Source of the DNA: an uncultured delta proteobacterium
GTDB lineage: Bacteria; Desulfobacterota; Binatia; UBA9968
DNA length: 64,000 nucleotides
Reading direction: 5' to 3'
Assembly: GCA_963727625.1 (NCBI GenBank)
Contig: CAVSHR010000002.1
Coordinates: 96,001 to 160,000 of the forward strand
Positions 20,569-30,487 of this stretch are shown here, piece after piece. Made by a program: the position numbers and the translations under genes. Below the pieces are notes generated by a model. That model ran no database searches, was not told where the DNA came from, and saw only the letters and a program-made list of their open reading frames with translations. The first letter of the stretch is position 1. Each line of letters begins with the position of its first letter.

Positions 20569-21441
20569 CTACAGATGCTTTTGGAAAAACTCCAGCGTCT
20601 TGGCCCACGCTTCTTTCGCCGCCTCTTCCCGGTAACTGCGTGGATTGTTGTCGCTATTGAATGAGTGGGGAGCGCCCGGGTATATTTTGTACTCAAACGA
20701 TTTGCCGTATTTTTTCATAGCCTGTTCCAGTTTCGGCACGCCCGATGTGATCCGATCGTCCGCGCCGCCGTAATGTCCTAAGACCGGCGCCGTGATATTT
20801 TTGACATCCTCGATGTTCGCCGGGTTATCGCCGTAGTACACTACCGTGGCCGCAACGTCTTTGCTGCGCGTTGTAAACATGAGCGCTTTGCCGCCGCCCC
20901 AACAGAAGCCCACTACGCCGATCTTGTTGGCGCGGACAAAGTTTTGCGCGTTGAGATAACGGACCGCGCCGGCAAGGTCCTCGGTAATCATCTCGTTTGT
21001 CAATTTCCGGCCCGCGGCGATCGCCGCGTTTCGATCGGCGAATGAACTCGTCCCGCCCGACCGGGACAGCAGGTCGGGCGCCAGCGCGACGTAACCGGCT
21101 TTTGCAAACCTTCGCGCCACGTCCCGGGTATGCTCGTCGATGCCGCTCCATGCGTGAACGACTATGATGGCGGGACGCGCGCTGTCCCCTTTGAGCCGCG
21201 TTAGATAACCGCCGATGGCGGTGCCGTCAGCCGCGTCATATTTAATTTCGCTCGAAGCCAGTGCCGCGTCGTGGGGGTCGACCAGATTGGCGTGGCTCGT
21301 GGCCGGCGCAACCGCATCAACTAAGGTCGTCGCAGCCGCAAGGCTCCCGGTTAAGACTAATGCCCTGTGCAAGAACTCCCGGCGTGTGAGTTTGCCGTTG
21401 CGAAAATCCTCGCTCAGCCTTTCAACATTAATTGCCATCAT
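20569..21441 (-). CDS. Dienelactone hydrolase family protein, Tat-type motif
   Basis: TRREFL, GFCWGG, YPGAPHSF. Confidence 0.9.
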   Translation of the reverse strand: MMAINVERLSEDFRNGKLTRREFLHRALVLTGSLAAATTLVDAVAPATSHANLVDPHDAALASSEIKYDAADGTAIGGYLTRLKGDSARPAIIVVHAWSGIDEHTRDVARRFAKAGYVALAPDLLSRSGGTSSFADRNAAIAAGRKLTNEMITEDLAGAVRYLNAQNFVRANKIGVVGFCWGGGKALMFTTRSKDVAATVVYYGDNPANIEDVKNITAPVLGHYGGADDRITSGVPKLEQAMKKYGKSFEYKIYPGAPHSFNSDNNPRSYREEAAKEAWAKTLEFFQKHL

Positions 21442-21456
21442 TGTCTCCCGGACGTT

Positions 21457-22128
21457 TCAAAATTGAATCATTTCGAACTTTGTCAAGGTCGTCTGCCGCG
21501 ATACACCCGGTGCTTTGGTGAAATGATACGCAGTATACTGCTCGAAATAGGTGTCTTCCGAAGACATGCCGTCTACCGGAACGATCACTTTAAAGCCTCT
21601 GAATGCGGCTTGTGTGCCTGTGGCGATTACGGCGCCATGAGCTGCTGTGCCGACGACGATCACGGTCTTGATGCCCTTGTCGCGCAAGATCTTGTCCAAG
21701 TCCGTCCCGACAAACTTGTCAGCGGACGACTGCACCAGGGGTTCGCCGGCGAGCGGCGCGACTTCCGGGAAAATGTCGGCCGGCTTCGACGATGAAGTAT
21801 AGCTGTAAATTATGGATACGCCTTTGCTCCTGGCCTGAGACAAAAATGCTTGAATCTTCGGCACGGACGCGACGCAGCGCGGCCGCCTTTTGTTATTGCA
21901 AGACTGCTTCAGGATATCCAGGACTAGATACGCAGTAGATTTTGGATCGTCGATTTTTACCGGTTTCAACTCCGGCGGCTTGGGGGCCTGCACGCTGGCC
22001 CATTCGTCTATGATCGTCTTCGACTGCGCGAAAGAGATACCGGCGCAGAACAAAACAGCGTAAAACGACAGGCACATTGCCCGCCCTAGCCTGATTGAAC
22101 GATATTTCCTTGATGGTAGTGTGACCAC
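21457..22128 (-). CDS. Isochorismatase-like protein, exported, catalytic Cys absent
   Basis: LVLDIL, DKILRDKGIKTVIVVGTAAHGAV, GFKVIVPVDG; signal peptide (true start may be internal). Confidence 0.75.
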   Translation of the reverse strand: MVTLPSRKYRSIRLGRAMCLSFYAVLFCAGISFAQSKTIIDEWASVQAPKPPELKPVKIDDPKSTAYLVLDILKQSCNNKRRPRCVASVPKIQAFLSQARSKGVSIIYSYTSSSKPADIFPEVAPLAGEPLVQSSADKFVGTDLDKILRDKGIKTVIVVGTAAHGAVIATGTQAAFRGFKVIVPVDGMSSEDTYFEQYTAYHFTKAPGVSRQTTLTKFEMIQF

Positions 22129-22339
22129 GATTTTCCCCTTTTTTATTTTGTCACCATTTTCGACGTTAGCTAACGCTCACCCGAGCGAAACGATCCACCC
22201 GTTTATGTTGTAAGAATTCGAGGAGCAAACTACCGGAATAATAGGTTTAGTCAATACACCTTAGCAAGTCTCTTTCGGGGTACATTTTTGGCTACTCACT
22301 AGGGTTAAGCCGGCGCTTAAATTGGCTATTGAAGGGTCT

Positions 22340-22596
22340 ATGGCGAAGGAGCCTTTTCTGCGACGTACGTCGGATGAGGACGGGATCAGGCGTCCGCTCC
22401 TTGAATTACACGATGCACTGCTGCTTTGCACAAGGCTCTGCTCGACTTCGAGCGCGCGGTTTACGAAGCAACGGTCGGGCCGATCCGTTCGCCCAATCAT
22501 TTTTTTTCAACGCTGACCGGCGATTCATGGTTTGCCTAGCTACGGCCGATCTCGCAATTAATCGTTGCAATCGATGAAACTCTGGACGCGAAGGAA
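22340..22596 (+). pseudogene. Decayed, truncated paralog of 18934-19383
   Basis: RRPLLELHDALL/LHKALLDFERAVYE..SPNHFF..SWFA*LRPISQLIVAIDETLDAKE; frameshift, in-frame TAG, 3' part missing. Confidence 0.8.
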
Positions 22597-22777
22597 GGCA
22601 AGCGTCTATTTATTATCCGAACAGATGAAGAAGCGCAGGAAGGATCGTCTCATCTCTTTCCTGATCCCGCACGCGGGGAAGGAGGTAGGAAGGGGCTTTC
22701 CCCATACTGTGCGGTGAAAACTTGTTCGCTAGGCGATCCGGCACCCTAAAAGCGGAGAAGAGTTGCCTAAGCCGGCG

Positions 22778-23590
22778 TTACTCCGAGATGTCCATCAGAA
22801 TTCCGTCCGGATCTGCAAACGCGTGTTGGCCGACCGGGCAGGCATCCATGTCTTTTAGCAGGCCGCCGCCCTGGGGACCGCCGCCAATTTTTTTTGCTGC
22901 GCATTCGGGATGGGCCGCCGCGATTGCGTCCAAGTCCTTCTTGGTTTGCTCTACGCTTTCAACTTTAAAGCCGACGTGATCGAAGCCTTGCCGCAAGCTG
23001 CGATAATATCCGTTGTGACAGCGCCGGATAATTAAACGCACTTTGCCGTCGGTCAAGGTGATCGATCCCTCCTCGCCAGCTTCCTCGACCCCTTTGAGCT
23101 CCAGCACTTTGGTGTAAAACTCGGCTACTTCATCGGGCTTTCTGGCGCGCAGCGCGATGTGGTTGAGCCAGCGCGGCTGCTCCCAGCCGTCTGTAGCGTA
23201 ACCTTCGCGGACATTTTCCAGCCCTTTTTGAGATAAATCGAACTGGGTCCCGGTCGGATCTTGCGCCCGGGTGCCGGCGAAGGGAACGTAGGTCAACGCC
23301 CGCGTATGCAGCAGGTCCGGATAGAACCGATTGAGCCGGTCAACCGCTTCTTTCACGTCGTCGACCTCAAAGCCAAAGTGATCGAGGCCCTGATTGCCGC
23401 CGGCCCGCTTCGCTAAGAGCGCCAGACCGATGACACCGTCACTGATATGGCCGCGGTCCGGGTTGGACTTTCCGGTGTCGTCAGTCAAGCCGGTGGTGAT
23501 CTGCTTCATCCCGAAGATCGTCTGATAGAACTTGAACTCGGTGTCATAACGTTCCGTGTGGGTGGCCACGTGGCGGATTTTGGCGATCAT
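22778..23590 (-). CDS. Two-domain VOC (glyoxalase/bleomycin resistance) family protein
   Basis: AKIRHVA, GLDHFGFEVDD, LNHIAL, GFDHVGFKVE, DPDG; upstream ORF extension is repeat-derived. Confidence 0.8.
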   Translation of the reverse strand: MIAKIRHVATHTERYDTEFKFYQTIFGMKQITTGLTDDTGKSNPDRGHISDGVIGLALLAKRAGGNQGLDHFGFEVDDVKEAVDRLNRFYPDLLHTRALTYVPFAGTRAQDPTGTQFDLSQKGLENVREGYATDGWEQPRWLNHIALRARKPDEVAEFYTKVLELKGVEEAGEEGSITLTDGKVRLIIRRCHNGYYRSLRQGFDHVGFKVESVEQTKKDLDAIAAAHPECAAKKIGGGPQGGGLLKDMDACPVGQHAFADPDGILMDISE

Positions 23591-23671
23591 AGGAGGGTGC
23601 TCCTTCCGAAGTTCAAGATTAACTCCTTCTAGGTTAGGCCGGGCAAGGTTGTCAAGGCTCAAGGAATGAAA

Positions 23672-23712
23672 ACGTTCCAATCGTTCGAGTCGTTCAAAAT
23701 GTTCCAAACGTT
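23672..23712. repeat. 9-bp-period GTTC(C/A)A short-repeat element
   Basis: cgttccaat cgttcgagt cgttcaaaa tgttccaaa cgtttac. Confidence 0.7.
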
Positions 23713-23777
23713 TACGAGGATTGACTGGAAGAGCAGCGGCTTGTTAGGCTCCGCGGCTCGTGCCGCCCAAACAATTC

Positions 23778-24012
23778 GAGGGAGGAGATCGGAACCATAG
23801 CGAAATACCTTGGCGTCAAAGATCCATCCTTAGCCGGGGAAGTGTAAGACCGTCACCCGAGCCGCCACGGCGGATTCAGTTATCTTGACGACGCGTGGAT
23901 GCGCGGCGCCATCGATTTCACCAAGAAAAGCTTAGACGTAACTAAAGAGATACCGCCCAGCCAGGTGTTTGACTTCAGCTTCGTCGAAAAAACGCTGGGG
24001 CAGAAGAATTGA
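23778..24012 (+). pseudogene. Orphan 3' fragment of NMT1/THI5-like substrate-binding protein
   Basis: TIAKYLGVKDPSLAGEV*D...AIDFTKKSLDVTKEIPPSQVFDFSFVEK; internal TAA. Confidence 0.6.
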
Positions 24013-24129
24013 CTTGATTTCTAGCAAGCCTGGGCCGGCCAGTTTGATCACGATCACGAGCCACGAACACGACTAGCCGGATGGTTTCAGAAAAGTGTGG
24101 GACGCATATTTTCCGGAGTACTACTCGAA

Positions 24130-24606
24130 CTATCCCTCGGCATGCAAAACCTTGCCGCCGGCCTCGACCGGCTTGGCATCGATAAGGATGAACGCGATTT
24201 TGCAGGGCTCCGTACTGCGATTGATCCAGTTGTGAATCGTGCCGCGCTGCACAAGCATGTCGCCGGCCATGAGATGGACCATGGTATCGTCCATCTCCAT
24301 GTCGATCTCGCCCGACATGACGATGGCATAATCGATTGAATCCGTCCGGTGAATACGCGCCGAGACGCCGGGCAGAAACTCGACGACGCGAAAGACCGTG
24401 CCATTTTTCAACGTCGTGCCGACCTCGCGCTTTCCGCCATCCTCATCGCTCGTGTTGTCGACCGGAAAACCTTCCGTCGTCCAGACCACGCAAGCCGACC
24501 GCCCCGGCCGTCCGGAAGGGGGATTCTGAGTAACCTCATCGATCTTGACCACGGCACGCCCGCTGGCGTCGTGGCCGGTGACTACGCGTCGTAGGTGAAG
24601 TGGCAT
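24130..24606 (-). CDS. Cupin domain protein
   Basis: RRVVTGHDASGRA, HRTDSIDY, QRGTIHNWINRS. Confidence 0.88.
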   Translation of the reverse strand: MPLHLRRVVTGHDASGRAVVKIDEVTQNPPSGRPGRSACVVWTTEGFPVDNTSDEDGGKREVGTTLKNGTVFRVVEFLPGVSARIHRTDSIDYAIVMSGEIDMEMDDTMVHLMAGDMLVQRGTIHNWINRSTEPCKIAFILIDAKPVEAGGKVLHAEG

Positions 24607-24899
24607 TTCGTTTCTCCATTTAGAATTGCCCGGTCGCTCTGATTCCGTAGTTTCAAATTGATTCGTAGAACATGTGAGAACCAGATTCAATTAATGTCGT
24701 GTTGGTTTTTTTGGCACAATTTCCTAGAATCTGACGGGAAACACCTACTAGGCCGCGCCCGCTTTTAGCCGTTGAATTGTACCTCGGTTGCGCGCAGCTG
24801 CTGAAATAATCCTGAAAAGTCGGCATCTCAGCGCAATCGTCAACGGGGCGATGATTAGAACACCTTGACCCGGAACAAACATTGCTTCTTATTGGCATC

Positions 24900-25112
24900 A
24901 TGGCCAACGAGCACAGATTGCCAATCTGTCGCCTTTGCGATAGCGAGAACGTGCGCGAATCTCACGTTAAAAACTTCGGGGAAAAGATCCTAACCGTTGC
25001 TTTCGTCAGACCATTTCGTTGCATCGACTGCAAACATCGATTTTGGGGATTCTCTCGAGGATCGGCCCGCCCCGCGACCCGTGTTTCCCGTCCCAACCAG
25101 AAACGCCGGTAG
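24900..25112 (+). CDS. Small zinc-ribbon protein
   Basis: CRLC...RPFRCIDCKHRF (two CxxC). Confidence 0.5.
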   Translation: MANEHRLPICRLCDSENVRESHVKNFGEKILTVAFVRPFRCIDCKHRFWGFSRGSARPATRVSRPNQKRR

Positions 25113-25161
25113 TCAGAATCCAGCTTTATGCCCCAGAAAGCACCGCGTCGCCGTGCGCTTT

Positions 25162-26787
25162 CTAATTCAGCTTCACATCGACGACGACAAAGTCATCCGA
25201 CGCGAGCGCTTTTTCGAAGACCGGTTTCAACTCTTCCTGCTTTGTCACTGCGAACCCTTTGGCGCCGTAGAGCTCGGCGAGCTTGGGCAAGTCGGGGATG
25301 AACAGCTCGGTGCCGATGACGCGGCCGCCGTAGGTTTTCATCTGGTCGCGCTTCATGCCGCCGTAGGCGTTGTTGCGCAGGATGAGGACGAAGATTGGGA
25401 TTTTGTGATACGTCGCCGTGGCGAGCTCTTGTTGCTCCATCATAAACGAGCCGTCGCCAGTGACGCAGATCACCCGGGCGTCGGGGCGGCCGAGCTTGAC
25501 GCCCATGGCGGTTGCCAGCGCGGTGCCGATGGCGCGAAACTCGCCGGCGTGGATGATCGGGTTGACCGCATCGATGCCGCGGAGCGTGTCGCCGGTCATC
25601 CCCGACGTGGTGAGAATCTCGTTGCCTTTGAGCAGGTCATTGAGCGCGCGCATGACCGACGCATAGGTCAGGCCCTTGTTGGCCGGGTTCTGTTCGACTT
25701 CGTTTTCCCAGGACCGTTTGGCGTGCTGGATCGCTTGCGCTCTTGCGCCGTTCGCCGCGGGCTTTGGCTGGCGTTTTTTGACTTCGTCGATGATCGCGCG
25801 CAGGGCAACCTTGGCGTCGGCAGTAATCGACAAGGCGGTGGGGTAGTTGCGGCCGAGCTCGTCGGGGTCGGTGTCGATCTGCACGATCTTAGCCTTCTCG
25901 GGAATGATCTCGTGGCCGAAGCGCATTGTCGTGCCTTCGCTGAAGGTCGTGCCGAGGGCCAGGATCAAATCCGCCTCTTGGAAGAATTTGCGCGAGTAGG
26001 GGCGACTGCCGAAGCCCAGGCAGCCGAGCGCAAGCGGATGATTCTCGGGGAAAACTCCTTTGGCCGTGTAGCTCACGGCGACGGGCAGCGATAATAAATC
26101 GGCGAGTTCGCGCACTTCTTCCCGCGCCCCCGCCCAGTCGACACCGGTGCCGGCGAGCACCACCGGCGTTTTGGCCTGGAGCAAGAGATCCACCGCCGCT
26201 TTCTCCGCGCCGGCGTCCATGGCCGGCGCGACCGGCTCGGCGGTCTTGGCGAAGCTCAACGGCTCGGGCAGTTGGGCATGCTGCAAGTCTTCCGGGACGA
26301 TCAGAAAAACCGGGCCCTGGCGGCCGCGCGTGGTCTGGCGAAACAGCGAGTCCATCAATGAACCCAATTCTTCGATCCGTTCGAGCCTGGCGCTCTGCTT
26401 GGTGATCGGCTGAAACATGCGGACATGCTCCATGCCGTGAAACGATGAATAACGGCCCTTTGAGTAAGCCGCGGTGTCGATGTCCGACGAGATGACGAAC
26501 AAGGGCACGGACTCTTTGTGCGCTTGCGCCACGGCCGTGACGATGTTCGTCGCGCCGCCGGCGGCCGAGACCAGACAGACCGCCGGCTTCTTGGTGGCGC
26601 GCGCGTAGCCAAGCGCCATGTTGCCGGCGCCGCCCTCGTGCTGCGCGTTGACAAAACGCATGTGCGGCCGTTTGGCGATGGCATCGCCGATCGCGAACGA
26701 AGTGTGGGCGAGCACGCCGAAAATATTCTCGACGCCTCGCGAGCCTAAATATTCGATCAAAGCATCGGCAACGTTTGTTTCAGCCAT
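25162..26787 (-). CDS. Thiamine pyrophosphate-binding protein (acetolactate synthase-like)
   Basis: QHEGGAGNMALGYAR, GDGSFMMEQQELAT; GAGGAGG RBS. Confidence 0.88.
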   Translation of the reverse strand: MAETNVADALIEYLGSRGVENIFGVLAHTSFAIGDAIAKRPHMRFVNAQHEGGAGNMALGYARATKKPAVCLVSAAGGATNIVTAVAQAHKESVPLFVISSDIDTAAYSKGRYSSFHGMEHVRMFQPITKQSARLERIEELGSLMDSLFRQTTRGRQGPVFLIVPEDLQHAQLPEPLSFAKTAEPVAPAMDAGAEKAAVDLLLQAKTPVVLAGTGVDWAGAREEVRELADLLSLPVAVSYTAKGVFPENHPLALGCLGFGSRPYSRKFFQEADLILALGTTFSEGTTMRFGHEIIPEKAKIVQIDTDPDELGRNYPTALSITADAKVALRAIIDEVKKRQPKPAANGARAQAIQHAKRSWENEVEQNPANKGLTYASVMRALNDLLKGNEILTTSGMTGDTLRGIDAVNPIIHAGEFRAIGTALATAMGVKLGRPDARVICVTGDGSFMMEQQELATATYHKIPIFVLILRNNAYGGMKRDQMKTYGGRVIGTELFIPDLPKLAELYGAKGFAVTKQEELKPVFEKALASDDFVVVDVKLN

Positions 26788-26873
26788 CGTGCGCCTCCTC
26801 GATTGATTCTCAGGTTTGATTATTGCAGCGGCGGAGAAAAAGCAAATTGACTTTGACGGCGGGCTGCGACCGC

Positions 26874-27986
26874 TCAGCTTCCCGCCGGCGAGCGCAATGA
26901 ATCTTGCGGCGCCGGCGAGTTCTTGGCCGCGCGCCTCACCGCGCGCAGGTTATTCATGAGAAACAGCAGGATCGCCAGTGCATTGAGCGCTCCGCCCCAT
27001 TGCTGAGCTACTGTGATATCCGCGAGATCGCCGAAGACGCGCAGGACGAGCGATAGATGAAGCAGGATCGCGTGAACATAGAAGCTTTTTAGAAACGCCA
27101 TTTTTACGCCCGTGATCACGGGGAGAATGACCGGGCCATGGGCGAAAATCATCGAAAAGACAAAGCCCAAAAAAATCGAGTGGAGCATGGCGTCGTAAAG
27201 CGGCCCGGCGACAAAAGAACCGGCGAACCGCAACCATAGGGCCCCGCCAACCGCAAGCCAAAAGTATCCGGCGATCAAACAGCTCGCCATGAAACGCGGC
27301 AAGCCCGGCTGGCGCAAACTTTGCCAGACGAGGTCGTAGCGCAGAAGCCAGAGCGCCAGCGCGATCAAGCCGGCGCCGGCGATGCGCACACCGGTAAAAA
27401 TTCCAAACATGGATGTGACCAGGCCGAGCAGAAGGATCGCGGCACTCGAGCGGAACAGTAGGCGCACGTTTAACGGCGGCCGGCGAATCCGGGTGAGCTC
27501 CAGTCTTTCACCGGCGATCATCAACACCAGAAAACCGACCCACCAAGGAACGACCTCGGAAAGGGAGGTGTCGGTCATCCAGTTCAGATTCCCAACTCCC
27601 AAGCAAAGGGCGCTCAACATCATGATAACGAAGTGTTCCGACGGCTGGCGCCGGTAAAGCCAGGCGAAAAACAAGACGAATAAGGAAGCGGCGATAAGCG
27701 CGAGCGAAGCGACCGCCTGCCGAGGCGCGCCGAAGAGGAGCGAGAGGTAACTCAAGGCGCTGAATAATGGAACACCGTAGACCCAAAGTCGGTCGACGGC
27801 GACGGCGCGCTCGAGACCGATAAGTGTGCCGAGAAAACCGATGATCATGAGCGGACCGTGCAACGAAGTGAAATCGGCATCAGGCAACCGCAGGTCCCAG
27901 CCCAACCGGGCTAAGCCGGTCCAAAGTGCCGCCAGCAGCGAGATGCCGGCCAAAGCCATGAGGATGAAGCGAGCGGAGCGAGGCAT
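26874..27986 (-). CDS. Multi-pass membrane protein (NnrS-like)
   Basis: HGPLMIIGFLGTLIGLERA, AGERLEL, YDAMLHSIFLGFVFSMIFAH. Confidence 0.6.
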   Translation of the reverse strand: MPRSARFILMALAGISLLAALWTGLARLGWDLRLPDADFTSLHGPLMIIGFLGTLIGLERAVAVDRLWVYGVPLFSALSYLSLLFGAPRQAVASLALIAASLFVLFFAWLYRRQPSEHFVIMMLSALCLGVGNLNWMTDTSLSEVVPWWVGFLVLMIAGERLELTRIRRPPLNVRLLFRSSAAILLLGLVTSMFGIFTGVRIAGAGLIALALWLLRYDLVWQSLRQPGLPRFMASCLIAGYFWLAVGGALWLRFAGSFVAGPLYDAMLHSIFLGFVFSMIFAHGPVILPVITGVKMAFLKSFYVHAILLHLSLVLRVFGDLADITVAQQWGGALNALAILLFLMNNLRAVRRAAKNSPAPQDSLRSPAGS

Positions 27987-28009
27987 TTGAGTTACGCTGC
28001 TAATTGTCT

Positions 28010-28534
28010 TTACCAGGGCGCGCCGCGCACGAGCATGGTTCCCAGGATGATCGCGATCAAGGCCAACAGTAGGTTGACCCGCGCGAAGCGAACGGCTTGC
28101 CGGCGTAGTCGGCCGCTTGCCGCCGACCGCGGGTCTCCTTCCCAGACCGCGGCGGCGCGCGGCCCGATGCTGAAATCATGCACCGCGCTGAGCGCCAGGA
28201 TGACCGCGAAAGCGAATAACTTCAGCATTAAAACAGTACCGAACGAACCGCGCCAAAAAATCGCGCTCGACAAGTCGTTCCAGGTCACGCCGCGAAACGC
28301 CAAATTGATCGAACCGGTGATCATGAAAACCAGAAAACAAAGCCATCCTAACCAACGAAATCGGTGCGCGGTCCATCGAACCATACGGGCGGCAACGGCG
28401 CTGAACTCGGGTTGGCGGATCGCGGGGATCAGCACCAGCGCCATAAATAACGTGCCGCCGACCCAAATCATCGCAGCCATGATGTGGAGCCAAACCGAAG
28501 TGAGGTAAAGCAGATGCATGATCGACGGGACCAA
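28010..28534 (-). CDS. DUF4149/CopD-like membrane protein
   Basis: WLHIMAAMIWVGG, SAVHDFSIGP. Confidence 0.7.
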   Translation of the reverse strand: MVPSIMHLLYLTSVWLHIMAAMIWVGGTLFMALVLIPAIRQPEFSAVAARMVRWTAHRFRWLGWLCFLVFMITGSINLAFRGVTWNDLSSAIFWRGSFGTVLMLKLFAFAVILALSAVHDFSIGPRAAAVWEGDPRSAASGRLRRQAVRFARVNLLLALIAIILGTMLVRGAPW

Positions 28535-28602
28535 GACTTGTACGTTGATTTTTAACTATGAAAGAGCGGCGCGGAATGCAATCCCGCTAAAAAGACGAAC
28601 TT

Positions 28603-30372
28603 TCAATGGCTTGCCGCACTCGCCTGGATGTCGTGGTGTACGCCGAAGCGGCGGCCGAAATAGCGGACGAGCAGCGCTCCGGTGAAGGTAAACAGGATGA
28701 TGAAGATGCTGACGATGCTCGCCGCCTCGCGATCATTGACCGCGGGCGTCGACAGCTCCAGCGCCATCAGTGAGAGCGTCATGGTGTCACGGGAGGCGAG
28801 CAGGATGATGCTGCCGGTGGCGCCGGCGGCGATGACGAAATTCATCACCCCAAGCAGAATCAGCGTCGGCATCAAGAGCGGCAGCCAGATGCGGAAGTAG
28901 GTTCTGATCCAACCGGCGCCGGAGACGCGCGCCGCCTCTTCCATGTCGGCGCCCACCTGAACCAGGACGCCTTTCATAATATTGACGCCGGTGGTCTTGC
29001 CCTGCAGGATCACGACGATGATCAGCGCCCAAATCGTGCCGAAGAGAAAATTCAGTCCCGGCGTGTCGATGAAAACCCACAAAAGGCCGAGTCCGGCGAG
29101 GATGCCGGGGATGGCGCCCGCGCTCCAGATCATCATGTCCAGGATGTTACGGCCCGGCAGGCGGGTGCGCACCAGCAGGTACGCGAGCACGGAAAAGAGC
29201 AGCGGGCTCAACATTGCCGCGCTGCTGGCGAGGATCAACGTGGTGCGCAACGATTTAACGAACACCGGATCGTTCAACACGAAGCGCCAGTGGTCGAGGG
29301 TAAATCCCAAGACAAAGTAGCCGATCCGTTCCATGAAACTGCCGAGCACCAGGATCGCCAGCGGCCCGATGGTGAGCAGCATGAGAAGCGCCGCGATGGC
29401 GCCGAAGGCGACGTAGTTCCAGGCGCGGAGATCGATCAGTCCGGGACGAAAGCTGCCGGTGATGGTCGTGTAACGGCGCCGCTCCAAAATCCACCGTTGC
29501 AGTGGAATGATCATGGCGATCATCAAAAGCGTCAGGCTGGCCAACACCGTGGCTTCGCCATAGTTGGGCACGGCGTCGCGAACCAGCGTGTAGATTTTCG
29601 TCGAATAGACGTAAAAACCGAAGGGCAAACCGAGCAAATATTCCGTTTCAAAAGATTGAAAAACCCGCAGAAGTTGCAGCGCCAGCACCAGGATCATCGG
29701 CGAAATCATCAGCGGCAGGGTGACTTTGAAAAGCGTGCGCAGGTTGCTCGCGCCGCCGACCCGAGCGGCTTCCTCCAGCGTCGAATCCATGTTACGAAAC
29801 GCCGGCGTCAATAGCATCACCTTGATCGAGATGCCGTGCCCCATCAAGTTGGCCCAAACGATGCCCGGCACGCTGAAAATGTTAAACGGCCCTTGCTCCA
29901 GGCCGAACAAGTGTTTGAGCCCGACGTTGATCACGCCGACATCGGGGTCCAACAGCGTGATCCAGGCGATGGTGGTCGGCAGCGCCGGAACCATGTACGA
30001 GACCCAAAACAAGAATTCCAGCGTGTGGCTAAAAGGAATCTTGGTTCGGGCGAGAAGCCATGCGATCGTGACGCCGACGGGAAAACTGATGATTACCGAG
30101 AGCGACCAGATCAGCAGGGAATTGCCAAGCGACCTGAGCAGCCCCGGATGATGAAAGGCGTTGATCCAGTGGTCCACGCCCCAGCGACGCGGCTCGACGA
30201 ACCAGTCGTTGGCGGCGTTGAAGCTATTGATCAGGAGCAGCAGCGCCGGCCAGATCAGAAAGTAACCCAGCGCGATAACCACCACCGCCATGATGAAATG
30301 GCCTTTGGTCAAGCGTGGCGCAGGCAAACTGCGCGGGACGGTTAGCTGATCGATGGCGGGGGATGGGTTCAC
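28603..30372 (-). CDS. ABC transporter permease (FbpB/AfuB-type, two TM modules)
   Basis: Two EAA loops (LEEAARVGGAS, MEEAARVSGAG). Confidence 0.9.
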   Translation of the reverse strand: MNPSPAIDQLTVPRSLPAPRLTKGHFIMAVVVIALGYFLIWPALLLLINSFNAANDWFVEPRRWGVDHWINAFHHPGLLRSLGNSLLIWSLSVIISFPVGVTIAWLLARTKIPFSHTLEFLFWVSYMVPALPTTIAWITLLDPDVGVINVGLKHLFGLEQGPFNIFSVPGIVWANLMGHGISIKVMLLTPAFRNMDSTLEEAARVGGASNLRTLFKVTLPLMISPMILVLALQLLRVFQSFETEYLLGLPFGFYVYSTKIYTLVRDAVPNYGEATVLASLTLLMIAMIIPLQRWILERRRYTTITGSFRPGLIDLRAWNYVAFGAIAALLMLLTIGPLAILVLGSFMERIGYFVLGFTLDHWRFVLNDPVFVKSLRTTLILASSAAMLSPLLFSVLAYLLVRTRLPGRNILDMMIWSAGAIPGILAGLGLLWVFIDTPGLNFLFGTIWALIIVVILQGKTTGVNIMKGVLVQVGADMEEAARVSGAGWIRTYFRIWLPLLMPTLILLGVMNFVIAAGATGSIILLASRDTMTLSLMALELSTPAVNDREAASIVSIFIILFTFTGALLVRYFGRRFGVHHDIQASAASH

Positions 30373-30384
30373 GGCGAACTAATG

Positions 30385-30481
30385 GTTTCAGATGTTCCAG
30401 GGGTTCCAATCGTTCCAGCCGTTTCGATCGATGATTCCGTTAACGACCGAAACCTTTGGAACGATTGGAACGTTTGAAACG
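30385..30481. repeat. Inverted 9-bp-period repeat element (GTTCCA arms / TGGAAC arms)
   Basis: gtttcagat gttccaggg gttccaatc gttccagcc gtttc ... gaaaccttt ggaacgatt ggaacgttt gaaac. Confidence 0.75.
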
Positions 30482-30487
30482 GATTTT

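Noticed and set aside
23591-23707. N-terminal 'MEHFERLERLERF' extension of the VOC gene (similar peptides at 30392, 34060, 49730, 63331)
   Set aside because: Translations of the 8/9-bp periodic intergenic repeats, not protein domains
24997-26094. Long antisense ORFs (also 5164-6060, 30392-31195, 33904-35013, 60878-61957, 62030-62797)
   Set aside because: Shadow frames opposite well-supported genes, expected in GC-rich DNA; no recognisable motifs
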